Positions 29,909 to 38,247 of a stretch of DNA of 64,000 bases are shown here, piece by piece. This DNA is from Candidatus Latescibacterota bacterium (GTDB lineage: Bacteria > Latescibacterota > UBA2968 > UBA8231). The stretch's first letter is position 1; each line of letters begins with the position of its first letter. A program made the position numbers and the translations under genes. The DNA lies in the NCBI GenBank assembly GCA_965203175.1, contig OZ241867.1:2400001-2464000 (forward strand), written 5' to 3'. The notes beneath the pieces are model-generated. The model was not told where the DNA came from, searched no databases, and was given only the letters and a program-made list of their open reading frames with translations.

Positions 29909-30622
29909 CTAGGAAACCGCCTCCAAGCAGAGAGTGGCCCAGTTCTGGAAGAAGGTTCGTCCGTTGGCGTGGAGGGCGGGCAAGTGCTGGGCCGCGTCGG
30001 CTTTGATTTGCTCGCCGTCTAGTTCCTCCCCGCGCACTTCATCGGCAAAAACTCGGACCAGATCGGCGATAATTTGCGTGGTAACTTCCATGTGGAAGAG
30101 GAGTCCATACGCCGTCTGGCCATAGGAAAACGCTTGGTAGGTAGTGAGGGCAGAGGAGGCTAGCGCAGTAGCGCCCTTGGGCAGATCGAAGATGTCGCCG
30201 TGCCAGTGAAAGCCCATAAAAGAGGGTGCCAACTCGCCCATCAGCGGGTCTTCGCTGGCGGCGGGCTTCAGCTCAATAGGATACCAGCCGATTTCTTTCT
30301 GCGGACCGCGGGCGACCCGAGCACCAAGAGCCGTGGCCAAAAGCTGGCTGCCTAGGCAGACGCCGAGTACGGGTTTGTCTTCTTTTAGGGCTTGGTCAAT
30401 AAGGCGTATAGCCGCGTCTATAAACGGGTAGCGGTCATGTTCGTACACGCCCATCGGACCCCCCATGACCACTAGGCCGGCGGTCCCGTCCATGTAGCGG
30501 GGAACCTCTTCGCCGGCAAAGGTGTGTATGTAGGTAGGAGCGAGACCGCAGCCTTGGAACACTTGGCCGGCGATCCCCAAGTTTTCTGGCTGTGCGTTTT
30601 GCAGGACCCATATTTTGTTCAT
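29909..30622 (-). CDS. Class I glutamine amidotransferase (GMP-synthase-like GATase)
   Basis: MGGPM, LGVCLGSQL, EIGW, WHGD, FHME. Confidence 0.88.
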   Translation of the reverse strand: MNKIWVLQNAQPENLGIAGQVFQGCGLAPTYIHTFAGEEVPRYMDGTAGLVVMGGPMGVYEHDRYPFIDAAIRLIDQALKEDKPVLGVCLGSQLLATALGARVARGPQKEIGWYPIELKPAASEDPLMGELAPSFMGFHWHGDIFDLPKGATALASSALTTYQAFSYGQTAYGLLFHMEVTTQIIADLVRVFADEVRGEELDGEQIKADAAQHLPALHANGRTFFQNWATLCLEAVS

Positions 30623-30659
30623 TGACCGACCTCTTCTACAGTAAAATAATTCATAGCCA

Positions 30660-30740
30660 CTACCGACTTTGCTTGTTGTTTATGGCCAGTTTGGCTAGGG
30701 TAATGATGGGCGAGGCATTGAGTACCCAACCATCACTCAC
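30660..30740 (-). pseudogene. Truncated PIN-domain (DUF3368-like) toxin
   Basis: GTG start overlapping the UPF0175 end reads MSDGWVLNASPIITLAKL, then unrelated sequence and TAG after 26 codons. Confidence 0.72.
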
Positions 30741-30984
30741 GGTCCACTTCCTCCGCTATTTCATCTATACTGTACTGGAATACGGAGACTTCGAATCGGC
30801 CTAGTGCCGAGATGAATTCGCTGCGGGATAAACCCGAAATTTCGGCCGCTCGGCTTTGAGACACTAGCCCCATCTCGTACCATTTCACAGCGGCAGCCAA
30901 ACGCAACTCTTGGGTGAACCGCTCGGGATCTTTCCGTACCGACGAAAGCACATCCTCTGGCAATTCAAAAGTAACTGTTACCAT
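30733..30984 (-). CDS. UPF0175 family protein (putative antitoxin)
   Basis: ELRLAAAVKWYEMGLVSQSRAAEISGLSRSEF; AGGAG RBS before ATG 30984. Confidence 0.88.
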   Translation of the reverse strand: MVTVTFELPEDVLSSVRKDPERFTQELRLAAAVKWYEMGLVSQSRAAEISGLSRSEFISALGRFEVSVFQYSIDEIAEEVDRE

Positions 30985-31225
30985 AGCATTTTCTCCTGAT
31001 TGAGCCAGATATAGACTTGTGGAGCGCGATTTTCCGAAAATCAGATCGTTCAATCGTCTCTCGTCTGTTTATCTAAAATATATGCCTTAATCTGTCCCCA
31101 AGACCTAGATTCCCCAACGGCAATTTTCCCCTCAGTGCCGCAGTTACCGCGGGGCGGATCGTCAATCCAGCGGATAATCTTCCACAAGCTTCTTCTCCAA
31201 TAAAACGGATGAGACACCTCGTCTA

Positions 31226-31888
31226 TCACCGCTTCCGCGCCAGCGTCAACCCGTCGCCAATCGACAGCAGGGACGCGGTCACGCGCTCGTCGGCGTGGAT
31301 TTTGGCGTTGAGTGCACGGATCGCTACGGTGCTCTCGGTCTGCTCATTGGCATCGGCGGGCCGTCCGCCCCATAGCACGTTGTCGATTAGGATCAATCCG
31401 CCTGGGCGCAAGAGTTGCAGACAGCGCTCGTAGTAGGCGTCGTAATTTTCCTTGTCTGCGTCGATAAAGGCCATGTCGAAGCAACCCGCTTCCCCGGCCG
31501 CGAGTATTCCGTCAAGAGTTGCTACTGCTGGTCCTAACCGCAATTCAATCTTGTCGGCCACGCCGGCTTCCCGCCAATAGCGCCGAGCGATGCTGGTAAA
31601 CTCGTCGCTGACGTCGCAGGCGATTAGACGCCCATCCGCTGGCAGGGCCAGCGCCATGGCGATGCTGCTGTAGCCAGTAAAGGTTCCCACTTCGACGATC
31701 CGCTTGGCGTCGATCAGTTCGACGAGCAGCCCCATGAACTGACCCTGATCGGGCGAGATCTGCATGCCGCCCATGGGCATGGCCCGGGTCTCCTGCCGCA
31801 ACCGCTTGAGCGCGTCTCGGTCGCGCAGCGAGTTGGCGAGGATGTAGTCGTAAATATGCGTTTCGATAAAACCGTTGCGGGAACTCAT
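31226..31888 (-). CDS. Caffeoyl-CoA-type O-methyltransferase (Methyltransf_3)
   Basis: MQISPDQG, EVGTFTGYS, FDMAFIDADK, DNVLWGG, IGDGLTL. Confidence 0.92.
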   Translation of the reverse strand: MSSRNGFIETHIYDYILANSLRDRDALKRLRQETRAMPMGGMQISPDQGQFMGLLVELIDAKRIVEVGTFTGYSSIAMALALPADGRLIACDVSDEFTSIARRYWREAGVADKIELRLGPAVATLDGILAAGEAGCFDMAFIDADKENYDAYYERCLQLLRPGGLILIDNVLWGGRPADANEQTESTVAIRALNAKIHADERVTASLLSIGDGLTLARKR

Positions 31889-31977
31889 GGGCCGACCTTT
31901 CGCAAAAGAGGATGCAGGAAGTCGCGCCAAAGTAAGCGGATGTTGAGCGCAGCACAACTTGCCGACTGTTTGCTGAA

Positions 31978-32325
31978 TTAAGATTGGAGTTTGGGATTTT
32001 CCGCGTGACGCCGCCGGTCGCGTTGGGTCTTCTTGGCCAGCGCGCGCTGGAAGGATTCCTCTAAGTCAACCCCGGTCTGATTGGCGAGGCATATGAGGAC
32101 GAAGAGCACGTCGGCCATCTCCATGCCGAGGTCGGCTTCCTCGCCATCCTTGAAGCTCTGTTCACCAAAAGTACGGGCCATGATCCGCGCTAGCTCGCCG
32201 ACTTCCTCCATCAGCACGGCCGTATTGGTCAGCTCGGAGAAGTAGCGCACGCCGACCTCGGAGATCCACTCGTCCACCGCCTGCTGGCAGGCGCGAAGGG
32301 TGTGCTCAGGCGCGGGTTGGCTCAT
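31978..32325 (-). CDS. MazG-like nucleotide pyrophosphohydrolase (YpjD-like)
   Basis: YFSELTN..LMEEVGELAR, EMADVLFVLICLANQTGVDL, KKTQRD. Confidence 0.9.
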   Translation of the reverse strand: MSQPAPEHTLRACQQAVDEWISEVGVRYFSELTNTAVLMEEVGELARIMARTFGEQSFKDGEEADLGMEMADVLFVLICLANQTGVDLEESFQRALAKKTQRDRRRHAENPKLQS

Positions 32326-33430
32326 AGGTAACGGGTGCTAGGCCTTCCTGCTGGCGTTGGGCATTGACATCGTCCAAGTGCCAGGGCACGGCCGATCCAT
32401 CGGTGCGAAAGCGCTTGTAGTAGCCGTCTTTGCAGCGGGAAATGGGCATCAGCGGAGCGGCAGGCCGCAGCTCCGCTAGGGCCACTCCACTGAGCGCCGT
32501 GCCGCTGGCGAGATCAACGACCTCGATTTCTCCAGGGTCAATGGCCCCCAAGCCGCGGGCGTGGGCGAATTGCAGATAGGGGGTGGCCTGCGGGTCGAGG
32601 CCCATCAGGTAGGTGGCGACTGCATCTACGTGTACCTCATTGACTCCGGCTACAGCCCAGCCGAGGGGGTAGTTGGCTCCTTCGTTGAACGCCGTGCCGT
32701 CGCGGCCGACAAGGCCATCTACTACTGAAAGCCGCGGCATCCCCAGACCGCGCAGCGCGACCAATAGATCGCAGAGCTTGTGATAGAAGCGGTCTTCAAA
32801 GAGACTGAGGCCGCTCTCGGTCAGCCGCCACAGTTCATCGGCGAATGGCTCGTCCACGGTTTGGACCACGCATAGGTGTCGCTCGGGCTTGGCTATGATG
32901 CCCATTAGGTTTTTAATCGACAAGGTCGTGCAACCTAGGTTGTGGCACTTGGCGAGGGGGACGTTAAAAAAGAAGGCGCAATCGGTCACTTCCCGGTACA
33001 GGGGATAGCACTCGTACACCACGCCATCGGTGACCTCGACGACGCGGGAATCCTCGTCGGTGTTCATTTCTGCGAGCCGCACGCCCCGCTCTTCGGTCAT
33101 GGCGCGATAGCCGCACAGTGCCCAAGTGTGCCCGGCCGTGGGGTTTTCTCCAGACTGGCCGTCGGCAACCACTAGGCGCTCGGCGGGTACGCCGCGGTCG
33201 CTCAGGGCGTCGAGCAGGCCGCCGACAAACCCGGGGTGGGTGATGACGCGCTTTTCCGGTGGATAGAGCACGGTGGCGTTGGGCTTGAGCAAGATGGTGC
33301 CTGCGGCAGGTAGCGGCATCTCGAGGGCGGCGAGAGTGCGATGGGCCAACTCTCGGTAGGTTGCAAAGGGAGCGTCGGCGCGGTCGATGGGCGAGCGCGC
33401 TAAATACACGGCGTCGGGTTGTACGATCAT
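32306..33430 (-). CDS. DUF362 domain protein
   Basis: LLKPN, ITHP, VPLAKCH, TLSIKNLMG, VVDGLVG. Start ATG 33430 with AGGAG upstream. Confidence 0.85.
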   Translation of the reverse strand: MIVQPDAVYLARSPIDRADAPFATYRELAHRTLAALEMPLPAAGTILLKPNATVLYPPEKRVITHPGFVGGLLDALSDRGVPAERLVVADGQSGENPTAGHTWALCGYRAMTEERGVRLAEMNTDEDSRVVEVTDGVVYECYPLYREVTDCAFFFNVPLAKCHNLGCTTLSIKNLMGIIAKPERHLCVVQTVDEPFADELWRLTESGLSLFEDRFYHKLCDLLVALRGLGMPRLSVVDGLVGRDGTAFNEGANYPLGWAVAGVNEVHVDAVATYLMGLDPQATPYLQFAHARGLGAIDPGEIEVVDLASGTALSGVALAELRPAAPLMPISRCKDGYYKRFRTDGSAVPWHLDDVNAQRQQEGLAPVTYEPTRA

Positions 33431-33469
33431 GGTGGCTCTCCTGTATCTCCTGTAGAGTAATAGACAAGC

Positions 33470-33508
33470 AAAAAAAAGCGGCCGAGAGCCGCAAGCTCCC
33501 GACCGCTT
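33470..33508 (-). terminator. Rho-independent terminator after murA
   Basis: Minus strand AAGCGGUCGGGAGC-uugcg-GCUCUCGGCCGCUU followed by a U-tract. Confidence 0.8.
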
Positions 33509-33533
33509 ATTCGCGTTGGATGCGCAACGCGTC

Positions 33534-34805
33534 TCAGTATCTTTCGATGTCAGCGCCCAAGGCCCGCAGACGGCGCTCAATGTGGGCATGCCCTCGGTCG
33601 AGCTGGTAGAGGTTGCTGATCTCGGTGCAGCCCTCGGCCGCTAGACCGGCGAGCACGCAGGCGGCTCCGGCGCGAATGTCCATGGCCTTGACCTTGGCCC
33701 CTTTGAGCTGAGCTGGCCCGTGCACCAACACCAAGTGGTCCTTTTCCGGCGCAAGGCGAGCGCCGAAGGAGCGCAAGGCCTTGACGTGGCCGAGGCGATC
33801 TTCGAATACGGTCTCGCGGATGTAGCTGTCGCCTTTGGCCATGCACGCCAAGGCCGTCATCCCAGGCTGCAGGTCCGTTGGGAAGCCGGGGTAAAAGGTG
33901 GTCACTACGTTGATCGGCGACAAGGTTTCTGGCCCGCGCACCTGCATCCACGCCCCTTCTTTTATCATCTCGACGCCCATCTGCTGGAGCTTGGCTTCAA
34001 AGACGTACAGGTGATCGCGCACCACGCCCTTGAGGGCAATGTCGCCGCCAGTAATCGCGCCCGCCATCATCAGGAGGCCGGCGTCGAGGCGATCGTACAT
34101 GATCGTGTGCTCGGCACCTACTAACTCATCGACACCCTTGATATGCACCTGCCGCGTACCAACTCCTTCGACTTGGGCACCCATCTTTTGCAGGAGCGAT
34201 GCAAAATCGACGATCTCCGGGTCGGAGGCCGCGTTTTCGATTGCGGACTCGCCCTCTGCTAGGCAGGACGCCATAACGAGGTTTTCCACTCCGGTATGAC
34301 TGGGCAGATCGCAGTACATAAAGGCACCGGATAGCTGCTTGGCCACCACGTCGATGCCGCCGCCGTTGACGCCTTGGACCTCGGCCCCGAGCCGGGCAAA
34401 GCCGCGATAGTGATAGTCGGTCGGTCGCGAGCCAATCGTGCAGCCGCCGACCTCTTGGATCCAGGCGCGGCCAAAGCGAGCCAACAGCGGCCCGACAAAA
34501 AGCAGCGAGGCGCGGAAGCGATTGGTCAAATCCGCGGGAAGCTGGGTTTCTTTGACATCGCGGGTGTCTAGGACGGCCACTTCTTCGGTCGCATCGTAAT
34601 CGACGCGCGCGCCGAGCCGACGCAATACTTCGAGGGCCACCAATACGTCGTTGACCGGGGGTACCCGGTGCAAAACGGTTTGCCCTTCAGTGGCCAGCAG
34701 CGAAGCGGCCAACATGGGCAAAGCGGCGTTTTTGGACCCTTGGATCTCGACCTCACCTTGGAGAGGACGTCCGCCGCGCACGAAAAGAACTTCGGTAGAA
34801 CTCAT
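33534..34805 (-). CDS. murA: UDP-N-acetylglucosamine 1-carboxyvinyltransferase
   Basis: GSKNAALP, RAS...GPLLARFG, GGCTIGSRP (catalytic Cys), PGFPTDLQ, DIRAGA, LDRG. Confidence 0.9.
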   Translation of the reverse strand: MSSTEVLFVRGGRPLQGEVEIQGSKNAALPMLAASLLATEGQTVLHRVPPVNDVLVALEVLRRLGARVDYDATEEVAVLDTRDVKETQLPADLTNRFRASLLFVGPLLARFGRAWIQEVGGCTIGSRPTDYHYRGFARLGAEVQGVNGGGIDVVAKQLSGAFMYCDLPSHTGVENLVMASCLAEGESAIENAASDPEIVDFASLLQKMGAQVEGVGTRQVHIKGVDELVGAEHTIMYDRLDAGLLMMAGAITGGDIALKGVVRDHLYVFEAKLQQMGVEMIKEGAWMQVRGPETLSPINVVTTFYPGFPTDLQPGMTALACMAKGDSYIRETVFEDRLGHVKALRSFGARLAPEKDHLVLVHGPAQLKGAKVKAMDIRAGAACVLAGLAAEGCTEISNLYQLDRGHAHIERRLRALGADIERY

Positions 34806-34907
34806 TACTACTCCTGAAGTTAAGAGGACGGGCAAACACACCAAGGGGAGGGGGATAATCCAAATGTAACATTGGGTATTCGGTTCGTCAATCACCCAAT
34901 GTCCTGC

Positions 34908-34935
34908 TTGACAGAGAGGGGCGCGGCTCTATATT
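34908..34935 (+). promoter_or_regulatory. Sigma70-type promoter TTGACA-N16-TATATT
   Basis: Perfect -35 at 34908-34913 and TATATT at 34930-34935, upstream of the glutaredoxin gene. Confidence 0.65.
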
Positions 34936-34983
34936 CCACCAAGGACAAAATTGTCTCTATCACGACAGAAAGGAATCCCAATC

Positions 34984-35253
34984 ATGGCTGAAAGCCCTCA
35001 TATCGTCGCCTATCTGAAGCCGGTTTGCGGCTGGAGCAATAGCGTGCGCATGACCTTCGCCAAATACGGCTTGGCATACGAAGACAAAGACATTATCAAC
35101 AATCCAGATATTTACGCTGAGATGGTGCAGAAAAGCGGCCAGCCCCTCTCGCCCTGCGTCGAGATCAACGGCCAGATGTTGGCCGATGTCGATGGCGATG
35201 AGGTCGAGGCTTGGATGCTTGAGAACGAAGTCGTCGAGCCAGTCTCGGCCTAA
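34984..35253 (+). CDS. Monothiol glutaredoxin-like protein
   Basis: KPVCGWS active site; SGQPLSPCVEING. Confidence 0.85.
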   Translation: MAESPHIVAYLKPVCGWSNSVRMTFAKYGLAYEDKDIINNPDIYAEMVQKSGQPLSPCVEINGQMLADVDGDEVEAWMLENEVVEPVSA

Positions 35254-35771
35254 GCGCGCATCCGGCTCAATACGCGCCGCATGCCCTCGCACAGGTTGGG
35301 CTGCTCGTGGTTGAGCGGCCCGCTCGCCGCTCGGCGAATCAGCGTCAACGCACCCCATAGCTGGCCGTCGCTGGCCTTGAGAGGCAACACGTAGCTAAAG
35401 CCGATAGACCCGCATTCAGCCCCCTCTAGGAGGAAGCGCACTATTCCTGCTGGCAGGGGGCTTTCTTCGTCGGCGCTGGCCTGCCCCACTAGCAACAACG
35501 CGGAGTGACCAACCCCGTCCTGATCGGCGAAGGGGCGCACGCCGTCTTGTTCCAGCACCCGTTGTAAAACCTCGGCTCCTGCGCCGGCCGTGTGAACTAC
35601 CCCTTGGCCGACGCGCTCGTATACGATGGTATCTGCCGCTTCAATGCCCAGCAGCAAGTCCATGCCTTGAATCACGGCTTCGTCTGGAGACATGGCTTCG
35701 AGCGATGTGACGATGTGGGGAGGAATTTTAGCGGGTTCGGGCATGTTGAACGGGATGATCGAGACGGGCAT
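35250..35771 (-). CDS. Hypothetical protein, possibly GAF-like fold
   Basis: SYVLPLKASDGQLWGALTLIR resembles GAF strands. AAGGA RBS before ATG 35771. Confidence 0.65.
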   Translation of the reverse strand: MPVSIIPFNMPEPAKIPPHIVTSLEAMSPDEAVIQGMDLLLGIEAADTIVYERVGQGVVHTAGAGAEVLQRVLEQDGVRPFADQDGVGHSALLLVGQASADEESPLPAGIVRFLLEGAECGSIGFSYVLPLKASDGQLWGALTLIRRAASGPLNHEQPNLCEGMRRVLSRMRA

Positions 35772-35780
35772 GGCGCATCC

Positions 35781-35810
35781 TTGACAATGCAAATGAGGGG
35801 GCTTTAATTT
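35781..35810 (+). promoter_or_regulatory. Sigma70-type promoter for tRNA-Phe
   Basis: TTGACA at 35781-35786 and AT-rich -10 (TTTAAT/TAATTT) at 35803-35810, ~17 nt before the tRNA. Confidence 0.65.
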
Positions 35811-35826
35811 TAATCTTTCTTTTGGT

Positions 35827-35902
35827 GGCGCTTTAGCTCAGTAGGTAGAGCAGGAGACTGAAAATCTCTGTGTCCGCGGTTCGATTCCGCGAGGCGCCAC
35901 CA
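35827..35902 (+). tRNA. trnF: tRNA-Phe(GAA)
   Basis: 76-nt cloverleaf: acceptor GGCGCTT/AGGCGCC, D-loop AGTAGGTA, anticodon loop CTGAAAA, GGTTCGATTCC T-arm, encoded CCA. Confidence 0.97.
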
Positions 35903-35916
35903 CTATTATAAACAAT

Positions 35917-35954
35917 AAACAGCCCCTTAGCTTGTACAAGCTAAGGGGCTGTTT
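35917..35954. terminator. Bidirectional terminator, perfect 38-bp palindrome
   Basis: AAACAGCCCCTTAGCTTGTACAAGCTAAGGGGCTGTTT between the convergent tRNA-Phe and FGE genes. Confidence 0.8.
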
Positions 35955-35968
35955 GCATTTGTGCGGGT

Positions 35969-36886
35969 TCATCGGGCATTGTCCTCCGCTACCCTGCGCT
36001 TTACTTGTCCCCAGCTTGTGGACTGCACTGCCGTAGCGGGAAGCTCGCGCGCTGCGCAGCGAAATCCGACGATGATGTAGGTCACCGAAGGCGGCAGCCC
36101 GCCGCGGTCGGTGGCGCGCAGGCGATACGGATCGCTGCTCATTGACCCGCCGCGAAGCACTCGGCTGATTCCTGCGTCCGGTCCTTGCGGATCGCGCCCA
36201 GGACTTTGCGCGTAGTAATCCTCGCCGTACCAATCCACCACCCACTCCCAGACATTGCCCGCCATGTCGTAGGCCCCATAGGGAGAGATCCCGCGCTGGT
36301 AAGAGCCGACCGGGGCCGAGTCGAAAAAGCCGTCGCTGTCGTCGCCGCGGCAGCAGCCCTCCCTGCCGTAGTTGGCCCGGCTGCGGTCGATGGAATTGCC
36401 CCAGGGATAGATGCGGCCGTCGGTGCCGCGAGCGGCTTTTTCCCACATGGCCTCGGTCGGCAACTGCATGCCGGCCCAAGTGCAATAGGTACGGGCACCG
36501 TACCACGAGACCTCGGCGACTGGCCGCTGCTCGGTGCCGGGGATCGGCGCGTATCCCACGTCGTTGTAGAGAATCTGCGCGTCGGGATCTCGCAGATCGA
36601 ACAGCAGGTGCCCTTCCCCATCCGCGTTGCCGCCGATGTCATTCAAAAAGGCGGCGTATTGGTCGTTGTTTACTTCGAAACGGTCGATGTAGAAGTCGTC
36701 GAGATAGACTTGGTGGACCGGCTGCTCGTCCGCCCGTCCCTCGGCCGATCCCATTGTAAAATAATCGGCGGGGACGCGGGCCAACTCATGCATTGTGCCG
36801 GCCGGTGTCTGCACTTGGACTATCTCTTGGGCTAGAACACCCGGTGCCCATACCAAAAAGCACCAGAATGCACTGCTGCGCGCCAT
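35969..36886 (-). CDS. Secreted formylglycine-generating enzyme (FGE-sulfatase/SUMF1) domain protein
   Basis: FTMGS, P.HQV, VSWYGA..YC.W...LPTEAMWEKAARG, DMAGNVWEW, RVLRGGS, GFRCA; tail TAVQSTSWGQVK. Confidence 0.9.
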   Translation of the reverse strand: MARSSAFWCFLVWAPGVLAQEIVQVQTPAGTMHELARVPADYFTMGSAEGRADEQPVHQVYLDDFYIDRFEVNNDQYAAFLNDIGGNADGEGHLLFDLRDPDAQILYNDVGYAPIPGTEQRPVAEVSWYGARTYCTWAGMQLPTEAMWEKAARGTDGRIYPWGNSIDRSRANYGREGCCRGDDSDGFFDSAPVGSYQRGISPYGAYDMAGNVWEWVVDWYGEDYYAQSPGRDPQGPDAGISRVLRGGSMSSDPYRLRATDRGGLPPSVTYIIVGFRCAARELPATAVQSTSWGQVKRRVAEDNAR

Positions 36887-36948
36887 ACCTTCTCCGCTAC
36901 GTGGCCTTTTTCGCCGCGAGTTGTTGATTTACTTTCCTACATACATAA

Positions 36949-38244
36949 TTGCCATCCCCCGTTCCAGCAAAGAAGAAATTGGTCTCCACTCATCGCGAGG
37001 CGCTGTCGCTTTTTAACCGCGACGTGCGTCTGGTGCTCTTCAGCCAAGCTCTGATTGGCTTTACGATTTTCGGCGGCGTCTATACGGTCCTGCTCAATCT
37101 CTATCTCTTGCGCCTAGGCTATGGCCCCCAAATGATCGGCCAAGTCAACGCTGTTGGCGCGCTGTCGTTTGCCCTCTTGAGCATGCCCGCGGGGCTGTTG
37201 GCCAATCGCTGGGGGGCGCGTCGGAGCATGATTGTCGGCATGGTGGTCGCCGCTCTCGGTTTTGGCTTGTTGCCCCTCGGCGAGTTCGCTCCCACCGCCG
37301 CGCAGCTAACTTGGATCATGGGAGCGTATGCCCTCGGCGTCCTTGGCAATACGCTCTATATCGTCTGCTCGATTCCCTTCCTGACCCTGATCTGTCCGCC
37401 GCGCCTGCGCAATCACGTGTTCTCGACCCAGGTGGCGCTGTGGCCGCTGGCGGGTTTTGCCGGTAGTCTGTGCGGCGGCCTGCTGCCCGGCCTGTTCTCC
37501 GCGCTCCTCGGACTGCCCGAAGACCACCCGGCCCCCTATCGCTATCCGCTGCTGCTGGCTGCTGGCGTGCTGTTTATCAGCTCCGGTTCTATCGCCGCAA
37601 CACGCTCCCGTCCGCAGAAACCGCCCGCTAGGGAACGGGGTCAGGCGACGCCCTTTCCACTGGCCATTATCCTCGTCTTGAGCTTGGTCACCTTCCTGCA
37701 GATGGCCGCGGAAAACAGTCTCCGCATCTTTTTCAATGTGTACATGGATGACGGCCTCGGGACTTCTACGGCACTGATCGGCAGCCTAACCGCCGGAGGC
37801 CAGCTCTTAGCCGCCTGTACCGCGCTGGCCGCTCCTGCGCTCAGTCGGCGTTTTGGCCGGGTGCCGGTGATCACCGGAGGGGCTGGGGCGATGATGTTGT
37901 GCCTCATACCGATGGCCTTGGTCGCTCATTGGGCAGTGGCCGGAGCCGCCTGTATGGCCTTGGTTGCCCTCAGCTCGATCCGCCGCTCGGTCTATATCGT
38001 CTTTCAGCAGGAACTGGTCCCAGAGCACTGGCGGGTGACCATGAGTTCGGCGCTGACTATGGCCTACGGCATCAGCATTGCCGGCGTTTCGCTCGGCGGC
38101 GGCTGGATGATCGACGCGCTGGGGTATCGGGCGTTGTTTTTGTCCAGTGCCGTGATTACGGCCGCGGGCGTGCTATGCTTTCAGGGGTATTTCCGCATCC
38201 CGCGCGGCGAATACGCCAAACGGTTGACAGACGAGCGCGCATAG
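36949..38244 (+). CDS. MFS transporter
   Basis: About 12 TM helices; motif A GLLANRWGARR; LLNLYLLRLGY. Start uncertain. Confidence 0.88.
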   Translation: MPSPVPAKKKLVSTHREALSLFNRDVRLVLFSQALIGFTIFGGVYTVLLNLYLLRLGYGPQMIGQVNAVGALSFALLSMPAGLLANRWGARRSMIVGMVVAALGFGLLPLGEFAPTAAQLTWIMGAYALGVLGNTLYIVCSIPFLTLICPPRLRNHVFSTQVALWPLAGFAGSLCGGLLPGLFSALLGLPEDHPAPYRYPLLLAAGVLFISSGSIAATRSRPQKPPARERGQATPFPLAIILVLSLVTFLQMAAENSLRIFFNVYMDDGLGTSTALIGSLTAGGQLLAACTALAAPALSRRFGRVPVITGGAGAMMLCLIPMALVAHWAVAGAACMALVALSSIRRSVYIVFQQELVPEHWRVTMSSALTMAYGISIAGVSLGGGWMIDALGYRALFLSSAVITAAGVLCFQGYFRIPRGEYAKRLTDERA

Positions 38245-38247
38245 GTA

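Noticed and set aside
35827-35960. tRNA-Phe as an island integration site
   Set aside because: No integrase and no duplicated tRNA 3' end found in the window.
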